IMG/VR virus record: IMGVR_UViG_3300046665_000548
Location: 310,001 to 374,000 of that record
Direction: 5' to 3' (one strand)
DNA length: 64,000 nucleotides
Positions within the stretch are counted from its first letter, which is position 1, and each line of letters opens with the position of its first letter. The position numbers were made by a program, and so were the translations under genes. Below the pieces are notes generated by a model. It ran no database searches, was not told where the DNA came from, and saw nothing but the letters and a program-made list of their open reading frames with translations. Of the stretch, positions 35,403 to 45,221 are shown piece after piece.

Positions 35403-36293
35403 ATGTTGTTGCAGAAGCTCAAAGAGCACGAACTTATTCATCCACCGAAATGGTTGCCGGATAACACAATTTACCTGACCATTATGGGTTCGGTCGCGTA
35501 TGGAGTCTCGTCGGATACATCCGATATGGACCTTTATGGATTCTGTATGCCGCCAAAGGAACTGGTGTTCCCGCATCTTGCTGGAGAAATCCCAGGTTTC
35601 GGCCGCCAGATTGCGCGGTTCGAGCAGTGGCAGGAGCATCACGTCAAGGCTCCAGATTCCAACCAGGAATACGATTTTTCGGTGTACTCCATCGTGAAAT
35701 ACGTCAGTCTGTGTATGGAAAATAACCCTAACATGATCGACAGCCTGTTCACGCCTCGGCGCTGCGTGATCCATTCTACGGCGATCTCGGAGATGATCCG
35801 AGAACGTCGAAAGGAATTCTTGCACAAGGGCGCATGGCACAAGTTCAAGGGCTACAGCTACGCCCAGATGCACAAGCTGCGTGGCAAGTCGAATGCATCA
35901 AATCCGAAGCGTGCAGCGTCTATCCAAGAGGTTGGGTATGATGTGAAATTCGCCTATCATGTCGTCAGGCTGCTGTCTGAGGTTGAGCAGATTCTGATCG
36001 AGGGTGACCTCGACCTGGAGCGCAACCGCGAGCAGTTGAAGGCTATTCGCCGTGGCGAATGGACCATCGATCAGCTTGAGCAACATTTTGCCGACAAGGA
36101 AGCTGTTTTGGAGAACGTTTATGCGAATAGCACGTTACGTCATTCTCCGGACGAGGCAAAGATCAAGACGCTGCTGATCGACTGTCTGGAGCAACACTAT
36201 GGAAGTCTCGATAAAGCTATCGCGAAGGATAAATCGTCAGGTCAACTGATCAGCGAGCTTGAAGCCGTACTGGATCGTTTCCGAGGTGCGTGA
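35403..36293 (+). CDS. Pol-beta superfamily nucleotidyltransferase (RlaP/YcgL-like)
   Basis: GSVAYG.S...SDMD.YG...NPNMID.LF...GYDVKFAYH..RLL...IRRGE. Confidence 0.85.
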   Translation: MLLQKLKEHELIHPPKWLPDNTIYLTIMGSVAYGVSSDTSDMDLYGFCMPPKELVFPHLAGEIPGFGRQIARFEQWQEHHVKAPDSNQEYDFSVYSIVKYVSLCMENNPNMIDSLFTPRRCVIHSTAISEMIRERRKEFLHKGAWHKFKGYSYAQMHKLRGKSNASNPKRAASIQEVGYDVKFAYHVVRLLSEVEQILIEGDLDLERNREQLKAIRRGEWTIDQLEQHFADKEAVLENVYANSTLRHSPDEAKIKTLLIDCLEQHYGSLDKAIAKDKSSGQLISELEAVLDRFRGA

Positions 36294-36485
36294 TGGAGAA
36301 AGACGGACGAGATAGGCATACTCTCGAACTGCATTATGCTTTTCGTAAGCTCGTCAATGGCGGGCTGCTGGAGAATCGGTTTATCACGTTCACTTGCTGG
36401 GTTGGTCAGTACGGTATTGCTAAGGCTTGGGAGCATTTGGCAGCAGGCACAAAAATCAATTTGAACTAGGCTCTCTAAATAACCG

Positions 36486-36956
36486 ATGCGATACGCGGAT
36501 ATTATCAAAGAGAGCCTAGTTCGGAAAACCGTCTATCACGGTAGCCCTACGTTTGATGGAGCCACCCAAATAAGTTTGGGTCATCCAGGTCTGTTTTATG
36601 TAACGGACGATTTGGAATACGCCAAAGATTATGCTCGAAGAGGTTACATAAGCGTCTTCTCGATGCAGATGCAGAACCCTTTAGACTTGCGTGTCGCTCA
36701 AAACATCGAAGAAGCCTACCAGATTTACTCAGCCAATCCTCCGGACGTAGATGAACCGTACAACATCGAAACCGATGCTGGCGAAGAATGGGCTCTCCTA
36801 GTTTCGGAGGATGTGGTGAATCACTTCAAGCAGAAGGGCTTCGATGGTTTCGTGATAAACGAAAGCTCTAACGGGCTATCCTATGCCATCACAAACCCTG
36901 CTCGCCAACTCAAGCTGATAAGCGTAGAGAAGTCCCAACAGATGATGCCTAAATAG
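36486..36956 (+). CDS. ART-fold (ART-PolyVal-like) protein, putative internal head protein
   Basis: VYHGS...GLFYVTDD.EYA..YA...NPLDL...KGFDG..I; leader MRYADIIKE; TAAATA 4 nt upstream. Confidence 0.65.
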   Translation: MRYADIIKESLVRKTVYHGSPTFDGATQISLGHPGLFYVTDDLEYAKDYARRGYISVFSMQMQNPLDLRVAQNIEEAYQIYSANPPDVDEPYNIETDAGEEWALLVSEDVVNHFKQKGFDGFVINESSNGLSYAITNPARQLKLISVEKSQQMMPK

Positions 36957-37038
36957 GGGAGTGCGACCGCAAGTCGTTCTTGGCCCATCACACTTTATTA
37001 AACAATAACCCTCAAGGTGCGGATTCGTCCGCACCTTT

Positions 37039-38175
37039 TTATTTGAGCTTCTTCTCGACCGTATCTAGCTCGGTGTTCAGAACCTGGACCAAGTTGTCTT
37101 TCTGACTGATCTCGGAATGCAGATTCGTCAGTGCCGTATCCATAGACCTGCCAGCAGTATTGACCTCAATCAAATCAGTTTCGATTGGATACGTCTCAAT
37201 GCCATGAGCAACGGATTGGGCTTTCTTGACCAGTGCATGAAGAGCACCTGAAATGCGGCGGCCAAGAATGGTAGCAAACGTAATGGGCAGAATCACCGAG
37301 AGGAGCAGCATCCAGAGTAGAAAGCGGCCGAACCGCTGTGCGGGCTCAATGTAAACCTCGGGGTAGGCCGAGACTAGGACGTGCCATCCAGACGAAAACC
37401 TCCTGAAGCTGCCAACGACCGGGTTACCATCGAGGGTGCGGATATTATCGCCCCAAACCTCTTCTGTATTATTGGAAGCGCGCATCTGCTCCCAGCTTGA
37501 ATGTGAAACCTGCTGACCGACCCACTTATTGTTGTCGATAGAGCGAGATATGATCATGCCCTTGCTGTCTGCCAGCGCCGTAACCCATCCATTAGGAGTA
37601 TTCGCCAGAGACTTAAAGTACGTTGCTGGCACAGCCACTGAAATAGCGTATTTCACCTCGCCATTGATGACTACTGGCGCGGTTACCGCAACCATATACT
37701 TCTTTGATATGCTCCCCAGAATAAGGTCAGACACGCGAGTCTCGCGATGCGCGAATACCTGATCCAGACCAAGCTTGTCGTTTTGATACGAGACGTTCGG
37801 TAGTGGTTGTCCGTGTGGAACGAGGCTGTTGACCCTTTGCTGGCCGTTGCGGTCGATAAGGACGATCCATCCTCCATCTCCATCTCTAACCCAGCCGCCT
37901 TCTCGGTCCCGGAGCTTTATCTCAAACGTTTCGAGATCGTTTGCTACGAGAGCCTGGGAACCCGAAAGGGTGATCGCGACAGACTTAAGAGATTCGATGT
38001 CACGGCCAACTTCACCATCAATACGGCGGGCTGCGGACATGGCTGTTTCGATGATGCTGTGTTCTTCGTTCTTTATGTACGAATAACCCATGTAGCAAGA
38101 CATCCCAAGTAGAGGGACATAGATAGCTAGAGCAAATACCATTAGATGAGCAAATAAAGAGCGAGGCTTGACCAT
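37039..38175 (-). CDS. Membrane sensor protein (Cache-like domain, 2 TM, HAMP-like) without kinase domain
   Basis: TM, then LIDRNGQQRVNS...VSDL..G.I...VAVTAPV..NGEV.Y, TM, short coiled coil, stop; TAAATA 4 nt before ATG 38175. Confidence 0.7.
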   Translation of the reverse strand: MVKPRSLFAHLMVFALAIYVPLLGMSCYMGYSYIKNEEHSIIETAMSAARRIDGEVGRDIESLKSVAITLSGSQALVANDLETFEIKLRDREGGWVRDGDGGWIVLIDRNGQQRVNSLVPHGQPLPNVSYQNDKLGLDQVFAHRETRVSDLILGSISKKYMVAVTAPVVINGEVKYAISVAVPATYFKSLANTPNGWVTALADSKGMIISRSIDNNKWVGQQVSHSSWEQMRASNNTEEVWGDNIRTLDGNPVVGSFRRFSSGWHVLVSAYPEVYIEPAQRFGRFLLWMLLLSVILPITFATILGRRISGALHALVKKAQSVAHGIETYPIETDLIEVNTAGRSMDTALTNLHSEISQKDNLVQVLNTELDTVEKKLK

Positions 38176-38223
38176 ACTGTATTTATGGACAAAATGATCA
38201 ACTCTGGTGTCTTCTGTATTGCG

Positions 38224-38745
38224 ATGAAGAAGCCATGGAAGCAAGGTAGTTTTGACGGTTTGTGCGGGGCATATAGTGTTGTAAATGCTGTGCACTACTT
38301 GTACGAAGATTTCTCTCAAGAAGATTGCGCCGCTCTTTTTACTTATATGGTCAGAAGCCATCCCGAATTATTCTCTCAGGCGCTGCTCAGTGGTATGAGG
38401 TTTAAACAACTTTGGGGCTTGGCCAACACGGCAAAGAAATGCATAGCGCCTTATCGGACGATGCGCCTCTATAGGCCATTCTATAACCAGAAGGTATCGT
38501 CTGTAGACGACTTCATGGATCGCGTATCCACGATGATAGGCACAAACGCCGTGATGTTGGTCGGATTGGGGCGGCCTTGGAACCACTGGTCGGTAGCAAG
38601 CAAGATCACCCCGAAAACAATTACTTTTCAAGACAGCGGTAGCTGCAACGTTCAGCGGGTGTACAAGAGTTCTCTGTCCCTAGAGGACAGTGACGGCCAC
38701 ATCATGCTTGACTACCATCAGAGCATTGTGATCGAACGCCTCTGA
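38224..38745 (+). CDS. Papain-like (C39-type) peptidase-fold protein
   Basis: KQGSFDGLCGAYSVVNA...HWSV...FQDS suggests a Q-C-H-D catalytic set. Confidence 0.5.
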   Translation: MKKPWKQGSFDGLCGAYSVVNAVHYLYEDFSQEDCAALFTYMVRSHPELFSQALLSGMRFKQLWGLANTAKKCIAPYRTMRLYRPFYNQKVSSVDDFMDRVSTMIGTNAVMLVGLGRPWNHWSVASKITPKTITFQDSGSCNVQRVYKSSLSLEDSDGHIMLDYHQSIVIERL

Positions 38746-38785
38746 GAGCATCGATAAGTAATACAAGATCATCAACAGGTATTTC

Positions 38786-39109
38786 ATGGCTACGATAAAC
38801 ATCGGCGGCGTCAAGGTCACCGGCAACAACATCTCAATTGTGAATAACAAGGTCTACATCGACGGTAATCTCATGGAAGGCGATCCCGCCGTTGCAGGCG
38901 GCATCCTTGAAGTCAGAATACTTGAGGGCACAGTAGAACACGTCTCCGCTGATGGCTCCGTGACGGCAGGCTCGATAAAGGGTAACGTAAGCGCGGGAGG
39001 TTCTGTGACCTGTGATTGCGTCGGCGGCAGCTTGACGGCTGGCGGTTCGGTGAAATGCGGCCGGGTTGGCGGTTCGATCTCGGCTGGCGGCAGTGTAAGA
39101 CACGCCTAA
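38786..39109 (+). CDS. Small protein with 'G.V.AGGSV' repeats (beta-helix-like)
   Basis: Four tandem ~15-aa (S/T)A(D/G)GSV repeats. Confidence 0.7.
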   Translation: MATINIGGVKVTGNNISIVNNKVYIDGNLMEGDPAVAGGILEVRILEGTVEHVSADGSVTAGSIKGNVSAGGSVTCDCVGGSLTAGGSVKCGRVGGSISAGGSVRHA

Positions 39110-39179
39110 ACAATACTCAAACTAGACTTTCAAATAATAGGTTTTTGCGTTACGTTGCATCCTCCGTGAGAGGTTCCAT

Positions 39180-39923
39180 ATGCAGATGTTCCGTGAGACT
39201 GTTCATTGTAATGAGCAATTGCTCGCTCCTTACGAGGGGTTTGAGCAAGTAATATTCCATGAGCATGCGCTGTCGTTAGAGTGGCGGCGCGCTCTGGATA
39301 TGAGAGAATTACGGATCATGGGCGAGATGGGTTCTGCTCGCCATGCCGTTATAGCATTTGAGAATGACTGGCGGATCAGTGCCGTAACGATGATCAGCGA
39401 CCAGTCCTTTGGCGCACTGTTGCATGGTGAAGCGAGGAGGCCGACTTACGAGGTCATGGTTGTTTCTCCATTTTCAGACGAAACGACCGATCCCGCCTAC
39501 CATCTGAATCAGACGATACTGCGCGAGCTTATCGAAGAGGTGCGCACGAAGAGCGGAAAAGCCTACAAGCGTCGTCCAGTTATTTCGGATGAAAGTATAC
39601 TCAGCTATTGCGATGCTTATCCGGCTGATCGCTCAGGTTATAAGCCCGATCTACACGGGTCGTTCGAGTTCCGCGAAGAGCATTGGTATGTTCCGGAATT
39701 CATGAACAATCGAGTTATGATCCCGGACGCAAACTGGAATCAAATCGTGTGGGATACCGCCAGATCGGGCGGCCGAGAGCCCAACATGAATCTACCCTAC
39801 AAGATCATCAACGAATGGTGTCAAAAGAACTGTACGGATGACTTTGCTTGGACAGGTGCCGCCGTCACTTGGACGTTTCGCGACGCCAACGACGCATTGA
39901 TGTTCAAGCTGCGATGGGGGTAA
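39180..39923 (+). CDS. Hypothetical protein with C-terminal 'FKLRWG' domain
   Basis: INEWCQKNC...WTFRDANDALMFKLRWG. Confidence 0.7.
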   Translation: MQMFRETVHCNEQLLAPYEGFEQVIFHEHALSLEWRRALDMRELRIMGEMGSARHAVIAFENDWRISAVTMISDQSFGALLHGEARRPTYEVMVVSPFSDETTDPAYHLNQTILRELIEEVRTKSGKAYKRRPVISDESILSYCDAYPADRSGYKPDLHGSFEFREEHWYVPEFMNNRVMIPDANWNQIVWDTARSGGREPNMNLPYKIINEWCQKNCTDDFAWTGAAVTWTFRDANDALMFKLRWG

Positions 39924-41547
39924 TTCCAGGTTGGGCACCCGTAGCAAATTTGAGCCGGGCGGCCTCGGCCTCTCCTACGTTCAGTTGGAAGGTTAGACAG
40001 AAGCGGCTTTCGCCCGCCTCTGGCCACTCCATCTTTCCGTTAAGCTGCTCGGCAAGCCTGTCAGTCATACGCAGGCCCATCGAACGAGTGTCACGATAAC
40101 CCTCGGTAACGCCTACGCCGTCGTCCGAAACGCAGAGCAATCCGGCTTCGTCCTCGACCTTAATATCAATACTGATTCGGCCAGACGTGCGGCCTCCGAA
40201 GGCGTGCTTGAGAGAGTTCGTGATTAGCTCAACGACAACGAAAGCAAGTGGGCTAGCATTATCGAGCGATACCAAGATATTTGCCTCGGTTTTCACCTCA
40301 GACGTGATCCCACGCGCGCCCGCGCCATATGCGGCCATGATCTCACCCACGATGTCTCGAACGAACTCTCCAGCGTCAACTGTTTTAAGATCATCTGACC
40401 GATAGAGCATAGCGTGAACCTTCGCCATCGCGCCAACCCGAGTGATTGCGTCTTCGAAGGGTTCTCTTTGCTCTTCAGAAAGATTTCGCGAGCTAAGCCT
40501 GAGCATACTCTGGATAACCTGGAGATTATTCTTAACGCGATGATAGATTTCACGAAGCAAAACATTACGCTCTTCCAACGTAGCGCTGGTCTGTTCAAGA
40601 AGGGTGGCTTGAAGTCGTTCCGTCTCAACACGGCGGCGCTGGTTCAGGAATAGACCGAGAGCGGCGAGACTGACTAGAACGCAGAGAACACCACCGGACA
40701 CCACGGACCAATCGCGACTCCTAATCAATGCATTATACACTCCGCGATCACTTGACGTGACAGTTGCCCAATTCGTGAGTTTCGATTTGACGTACGCCAC
40801 GAAAACTTGATTACCGTCGTATAGCGTAGTCGGTCCCGACCCCCGGCCGTTTTCAGTGATAGACTTTTGCAGGTTGCGATCTGCTTCCTTACCAAGCCTG
40901 ATATCGGGCTCCTTGGAACGCCCCACATGAATGTAGTTTTCGTCCAGAATGCCAGTAACGATCACGCCGGGTGGATCAGGCATGCTCATGAGCAGGTTCT
41001 GCATGACGGATCGCTTCATCAGCAGCATGAACACATACTGGATTTCTTGGCGTTTGATCGGCACCGCCAGCATGATAAACGGTTGGCCACGAATCTGCCC
41101 TGGCGTGTTTATAGAGAAAACTTTCGGTTCTCGAAGCCGAGAAAACTCTTCGACCGAAATTTTCGATGGAGGAAGTTCTGTGCCAAAGGGAGCAGCGGTC
41201 GTGAACAATATCTTTGCGTCAGACGCTCGGACCAAGGCGAGCGCATCCCACGTCGGCACGTCACGAACAAGCCTCTCCGCACTGTCATAAAGCAATCGAA
41301 GATTCTTTTCTGGATTATCAAACATCTCTAGGCGGGAGATGGCTTCGACCGCTCGGATATTCTCACGAAAATAGGTATCAAAGTTAGCAGTTACTTCGTC
41401 TGAACGCCTGAAGAGATCGTTCTTCATCTCATCGATGCTAACGGTTATCTGAGATGATACCCAGAACCCTGCAAACAAAAACAGCGGAACGAGAGCGAGG
41501 ACGATGCTCATCACCCCGACGTAGATGCTTTTGGTTGTGTTAACCAT
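39904..41547 (-). CDS. Membrane sensor histidine kinase, HisKA_2 family
   Basis: 2 TM plus Cache-like sensor; H-box LLREIYHRVKNNLQVI; N-box ELITNSLKHAF; G1 SDDGVG; G2 SMGL. Confidence 0.9.
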   Translation of the reverse strand: MVNTTKSIYVGVMSIVLALVPLFLFAGFWVSSQITVSIDEMKNDLFRRSDEVTANFDTYFRENIRAVEAISRLEMFDNPEKNLRLLYDSAERLVRDVPTWDALALVRASDAKILFTTAAPFGTELPPSKISVEEFSRLREPKVFSINTPGQIRGQPFIMLAVPIKRQEIQYVFMLLMKRSVMQNLLMSMPDPPGVIVTGILDENYIHVGRSKEPDIRLGKEADRNLQKSITENGRGSGPTTLYDGNQVFVAYVKSKLTNWATVTSSDRGVYNALIRSRDWSVVSGGVLCVLVSLAALGLFLNQRRRVETERLQATLLEQTSATLEERNVLLREIYHRVKNNLQVIQSMLRLSSRNLSEEQREPFEDAITRVGAMAKVHAMLYRSDDLKTVDAGEFVRDIVGEIMAAYGAGARGITSEVKTEANILVSLDNASPLAFVVVELITNSLKHAFGGRTSGRISIDIKVEDEAGLLCVSDDGVGVTEGYRDTRSMGLRMTDRLAEQLNGKMEWPEAGESRFCLTFQLNVGEAEAARLKFATGAQPGITPIAA

Positions 41548-42280
41548 TGATCGTAACCTTAAGAAGAATACACTAACGAACAGAACGGTTCGACCATTAT
41601 ATCCTCTAAACAGAAACCGTATTTCGGTAGCATCGTCAAGGGTATACTTCGTCACACTTCTCCGGAGATATTGAGTCTCAAGAGCGAGTCCCCATACAGT
41701 CCGATCATACCATTAGGGCAAAAGGAGGCTGGCCCGGCCGAAATCTGCGTCCCAAGCTTTGCTGCGGAGGGACCTTTGAGGTAATTGGACCCACAAGATC
41801 GCTGCTGCTTGGGCTGAGTTGGCACTCACCAAAAAGGCACCAAAAGATAGCTCGCAATGTCTTGACATGACAACGAGCTTATCTGACCCCGGTCGAGTAG
41901 GATTGGCTTGGGCAGATGCCAGCAGTAATGCTGAACCGCTATAGCGCGCTTGCGCGCAGAGAAGGGCGATTAAAGGGAGGGTTTCGGGTAGCCACCTCCT
42001 CCGGGTAGAACCGGTACATCGCCAATCCACTGTAGAACTCACGGAAATAATCTACAATTCTCCCCTGCCTCTTACCGAGATGCTAGACATGACTGTCGGC
42101 TATAAAGCTCTGTGAGTGGCAGGGGGAATAGAAGTATATAAAATCTTCGGAAATGTATTCATCCTCCTAAAGGATGATGATCATGAAGCATAAGTCGAAG
42201 ACGAAATGCTTCATGGAATCAGCAGCACAAGCGTAAGCTTGGGCTCTATAGAATCAGTTAAAACCACAGATAAATACAGC

Positions 42281-43114
42281 ATGACATTCGAACTGAAAGT
42301 ATCGAGAGAATATCTCAAGACTGTATCACTCATGGTTGCTACACCTATGTATGGTGGTAAGTGTGAGGGTTCATTCACACAGTCTATGACTGAGTTATCT
42401 GCCTTATGTAAGTCCGTAGGAGTTCAACTGGAGACGACATTCATATTCAGTGAAAGTCTTGTCCAGAGAGGACGCAATGCTTGCGTTGATATATTCTTGC
42501 GTTCTGCATGCACTCACTTTCTCTTCATTGATGCTGATATTGGTTTTGATCCATTCAGCGTTCTCATGATGCTAAGTCTCCAGACTCCTGGTTCTGGATA
42601 TGACGTGCTTGCTGCTGCATATCCGAAGAAGCACATCGCATGGGACAAGGTTCACGCGGCAGTATTGAGCGGCGTGAGTCCCAGTTCATTGAAAGACTAC
42701 GTGGGGGACTTTGTGTTCTCTCCTCTTCCTGGCGTTGATGTTCACCAAGAAGGACCTGTAGAGGTTTCAGAGACCGGTACCGGTTTCATGATGATCTCTC
42801 GGGAAGTATTCACGGATTACGATGCGGCTCATCCGGAGCTTCTTTACACGCCAGACCACAGCAGAACGGAAGGGTTCGAAGGTTCGCGCCAAATCATGGC
42901 GTACTTTCACTGCATCATCTGCCCAGACACGAACCGGTATCTTTCGGAAGACTATTTCTTCTGTAGAAATGTCAGAAAGATGGGAAGAAAAGTGTGGTTG
43001 TGTCCATGGATGACGCTCATGCACACGGGCAACTACACTTTTTCTGGGTCTCTTGAAGACTTACACGGAATCGGTGTCGCTGCTACCGATCATGTCGCCA
43101 GCCCGCCGCCATAG
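42281..43114 (+). CDS. GT-A fold glycosyltransferase-like protein
   Basis: VATPMYGG...ESLVQRGRN...FIDADIGF (DxD)...GTGFMMI.R...YLSEDYFFC; TAAATA 4 nt before ATG 42281. Confidence 0.75.
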   Translation: MTFELKVSREYLKTVSLMVATPMYGGKCEGSFTQSMTELSALCKSVGVQLETTFIFSESLVQRGRNACVDIFLRSACTHFLFIDADIGFDPFSVLMMLSLQTPGSGYDVLAAAYPKKHIAWDKVHAAVLSGVSPSSLKDYVGDFVFSPLPGVDVHQEGPVEVSETGTGFMMISREVFTDYDAAHPELLYTPDHSRTEGFEGSRQIMAYFHCIICPDTNRYLSEDYFFCRNVRKMGRKVWLCPWMTLMHTGNYTFSGSLEDLHGIGVAATDHVASPPP

Positions 43115-44452
43115 TTTCTCCAGTGGAGGAGCAAATCCCAGTACCATAGTGTTTGGATCGAGCGCCCCGATTAGCCGCTCGAAAACGTTTCGCACCTCTT
43201 TTGATCCCTTGAGGCGAACCGTGGATCGATTTAAGAAGTTGTTGTTGATCGAAAGCAGCGTAGAATCGCCTAGGGAGGCCAGCAGAGGCTCCTGATCTTC
43301 GAGTAGGTCGCAGAGCACGAACTGATGAGTGAGGCCCTGGAAACGCTTCCAGGCGTCGATAAACGCATCTTCCCCGGAGAAGTGTGCGTGGACATCGCTT
43401 ATAAGTTTCTCCAAAGAGCCAATATCGTATCTTTCATCGGTGATATCGATAGACGCCTTTACGAAGGCCGCGAAATCTCGTCCATCCCAATTGGTGATAA
43501 CGTTTTCCCAGAAGGTGAGGGATTCCTGGTTGGAGTCATAGATTACGATCTTGCTTTCCGCTTCGCCCAAATCGTTCCAGAGTGCTAGGGGTTTGAAACC
43601 CGCAGCCGGTGCGGCGACCGTATTGAAACGTTCTTCGCTGGGTGGCGAAGACAGTTCTTCGGTGTTCCGGACAAACACCTTCTTCGGCCGAGGAGGGAGA
43701 ACTTTAGTCACGTACCATTTCTGGCCCGGATAGAGATCAGTCGTTTCTGGGGTCTCACCGGATCGAACAGCAGTGATGGCTTTTCCGAAGCTGACATCCG
43801 ATACGTCTGGGTACACGAAGCCTTTCATCTGACGAATGTTGGGTGGCAAACTCACGATGGATAGTTTCATCCGCAATGCGCATGCGATATAGACCTGACC
43901 GAACCGCTCGCCGGGGATGACATCGATATAGTCGTTGCCCGGCTTGATCCAAAACGGCGTGTAATCGTCGTGAATGTTCTCCTCGGAACGAACGAAGGAA
44001 GGCAACATGCATGATCCTGGCGTCTTGCCATCATCGAACTTGATCGCGATGTATTTCATAACGTCAGGGAATGTCGGCGCTGGTGCACCGGCCCGGCGAT
44101 AGAAATCCATATTGATGATGAAGAATTGATTATGAATCCACGGATAGCTCTCGTGGTCGTGCTGCATCAGGTGCCCGGCGATGGCGAACTCGGTATTCTC
44201 GCAGAATTCAATGATTTCTGCTTCCAGTTTCGCAAAATCACTTATCGTGGTCCCTGATCTGATGACGACCGCATGCGTGGCTTGAGATGCGACGGCCTTC
44301 CTCAAGATGTAGTGACACATCTTTTCCCTGAAATACGGACGTGGGAAGCAATCGGCTTCGACTATGTTCCCGAGATCGACAAGGTGATCGAGCACGACCT
44401 GATCTTTGACCTTCCTGTTGAAATCCCAGATACCGTAGATCAGGTTGACCAT
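43061..44452 (-). CDS. Hypothetical late protein
   Basis: 463-aa ORF, GAGG RBS, TAAATA at 44484-44489 (minus). Confidence 0.75.
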   Translation of the reverse strand: MVNLIYGIWDFNRKVKDQVVLDHLVDLGNIVEADCFPRPYFREKMCHYILRKAVASQATHAVVIRSGTTISDFAKLEAEIIEFCENTEFAIAGHLMQHDHESYPWIHNQFFIINMDFYRRAGAPAPTFPDVMKYIAIKFDDGKTPGSCMLPSFVRSEENIHDDYTPFWIKPGNDYIDVIPGERFGQVYIACALRMKLSIVSLPPNIRQMKGFVYPDVSDVSFGKAITAVRSGETPETTDLYPGQKWYVTKVLPPRPKKVFVRNTEELSSPPSEERFNTVAAPAAGFKPLALWNDLGEAESKIVIYDSNQESLTFWENVITNWDGRDFAAFVKASIDITDERYDIGSLEKLISDVHAHFSGEDAFIDAWKRFQGLTHQFVLCDLLEDQEPLLASLGDSTLLSINNNFLNRSTVRLKGSKEVRNVFERLIGALDPNTMVLGFAPPLEKLWRRAGDMIGSSDTDSV

Positions 44453-44502
44453 TAGAACCGCCTCGAAGAGTTATACATGGTGTTATTTATTGTCGGCAGT
44501 GC

Positions 44503-44530
44503 TTGACGAAATACAAAACTGTGGTAGATT
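44503..44530 (+). promoter_or_regulatory. Sigma70-like early promoter
   Basis: TTGACG-N16 (ending TGG)-TAGATT. Confidence 0.65.
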
Positions 44531-44555
44531 GAAAACTCATTGGAGATGACCCCGT

Positions 44556-45221
44556 ATGCTGACGGTTGACGAGACCCTGGAAAAGCTGATTTCGAATTGG
44601 CCGTCTCTGCACCGCTCGCGCCTGACGGCGTTGGCGAGCATTTTTACCGGTGACTGCGACGACTGGTCGAAGGGCTACCCCAATGCTGACCGGACGAGTG
44701 GCCTCTATTCGCGCGACGAATATGAGACGAAAGAGATCACTCTCGACGCCTCCACTGCCAAGAATCATTACAATACGGAAATGCTATACCACCTTGGCAA
44801 CCGTGCCGAGAAGACGTTCGTGCGCGAGAATGCCGCTCTTATTGCTCGGACCAACCTCGGTGAGTGGAATGAATTTCGCTACGTGCCGTCATTTTCCGAA
44901 TACCAATTGAACCGCATTCCAGTTGAGAAGCTGACGCCGGAGTGGCGTGCGGCGCTGATCGAATTGTGCAAGGAAATTCTTTATCTTAGGGAAGATTTTG
45001 TGCACCGCAATCCTCGCGGCCTCAATGCGGAAAGCATCGAGCGCAAGGTCACCGATCTCAAGGAAGCGCAGAAGACCGCCCAGGAATGCTTGATTCGGCT
45101 CGGGGAAGGCGACAAGGAAGCTGAGAAGGCGCGCAATGCGGCCATCCAGAAGCTCCGCTTCGAGGCCGAAAAGTATGGCTTCGTGCTGGCCAAGATCGAA
45201 ACCGAGAGCGAGGAAGACTGA
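44556..45221 (+). CDS. Hypothetical protein (early)
   Basis: GGAGA RBS after the early promoter. Confidence 0.75.
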   Translation: MLTVDETLEKLISNWPSLHRSRLTALASIFTGDCDDWSKGYPNADRTSGLYSRDEYETKEITLDASTAKNHYNTEMLYHLGNRAEKTFVRENAALIARTNLGEWNEFRYVPSFSEYQLNRIPVEKLTPEWRAALIELCKEILYLREDFVHRNPRGLNAESIERKVTDLKEAQKTAQECLIRLGEGDKEAEKARNAAIQKLRFEAEKYGFVLAKIETESEED

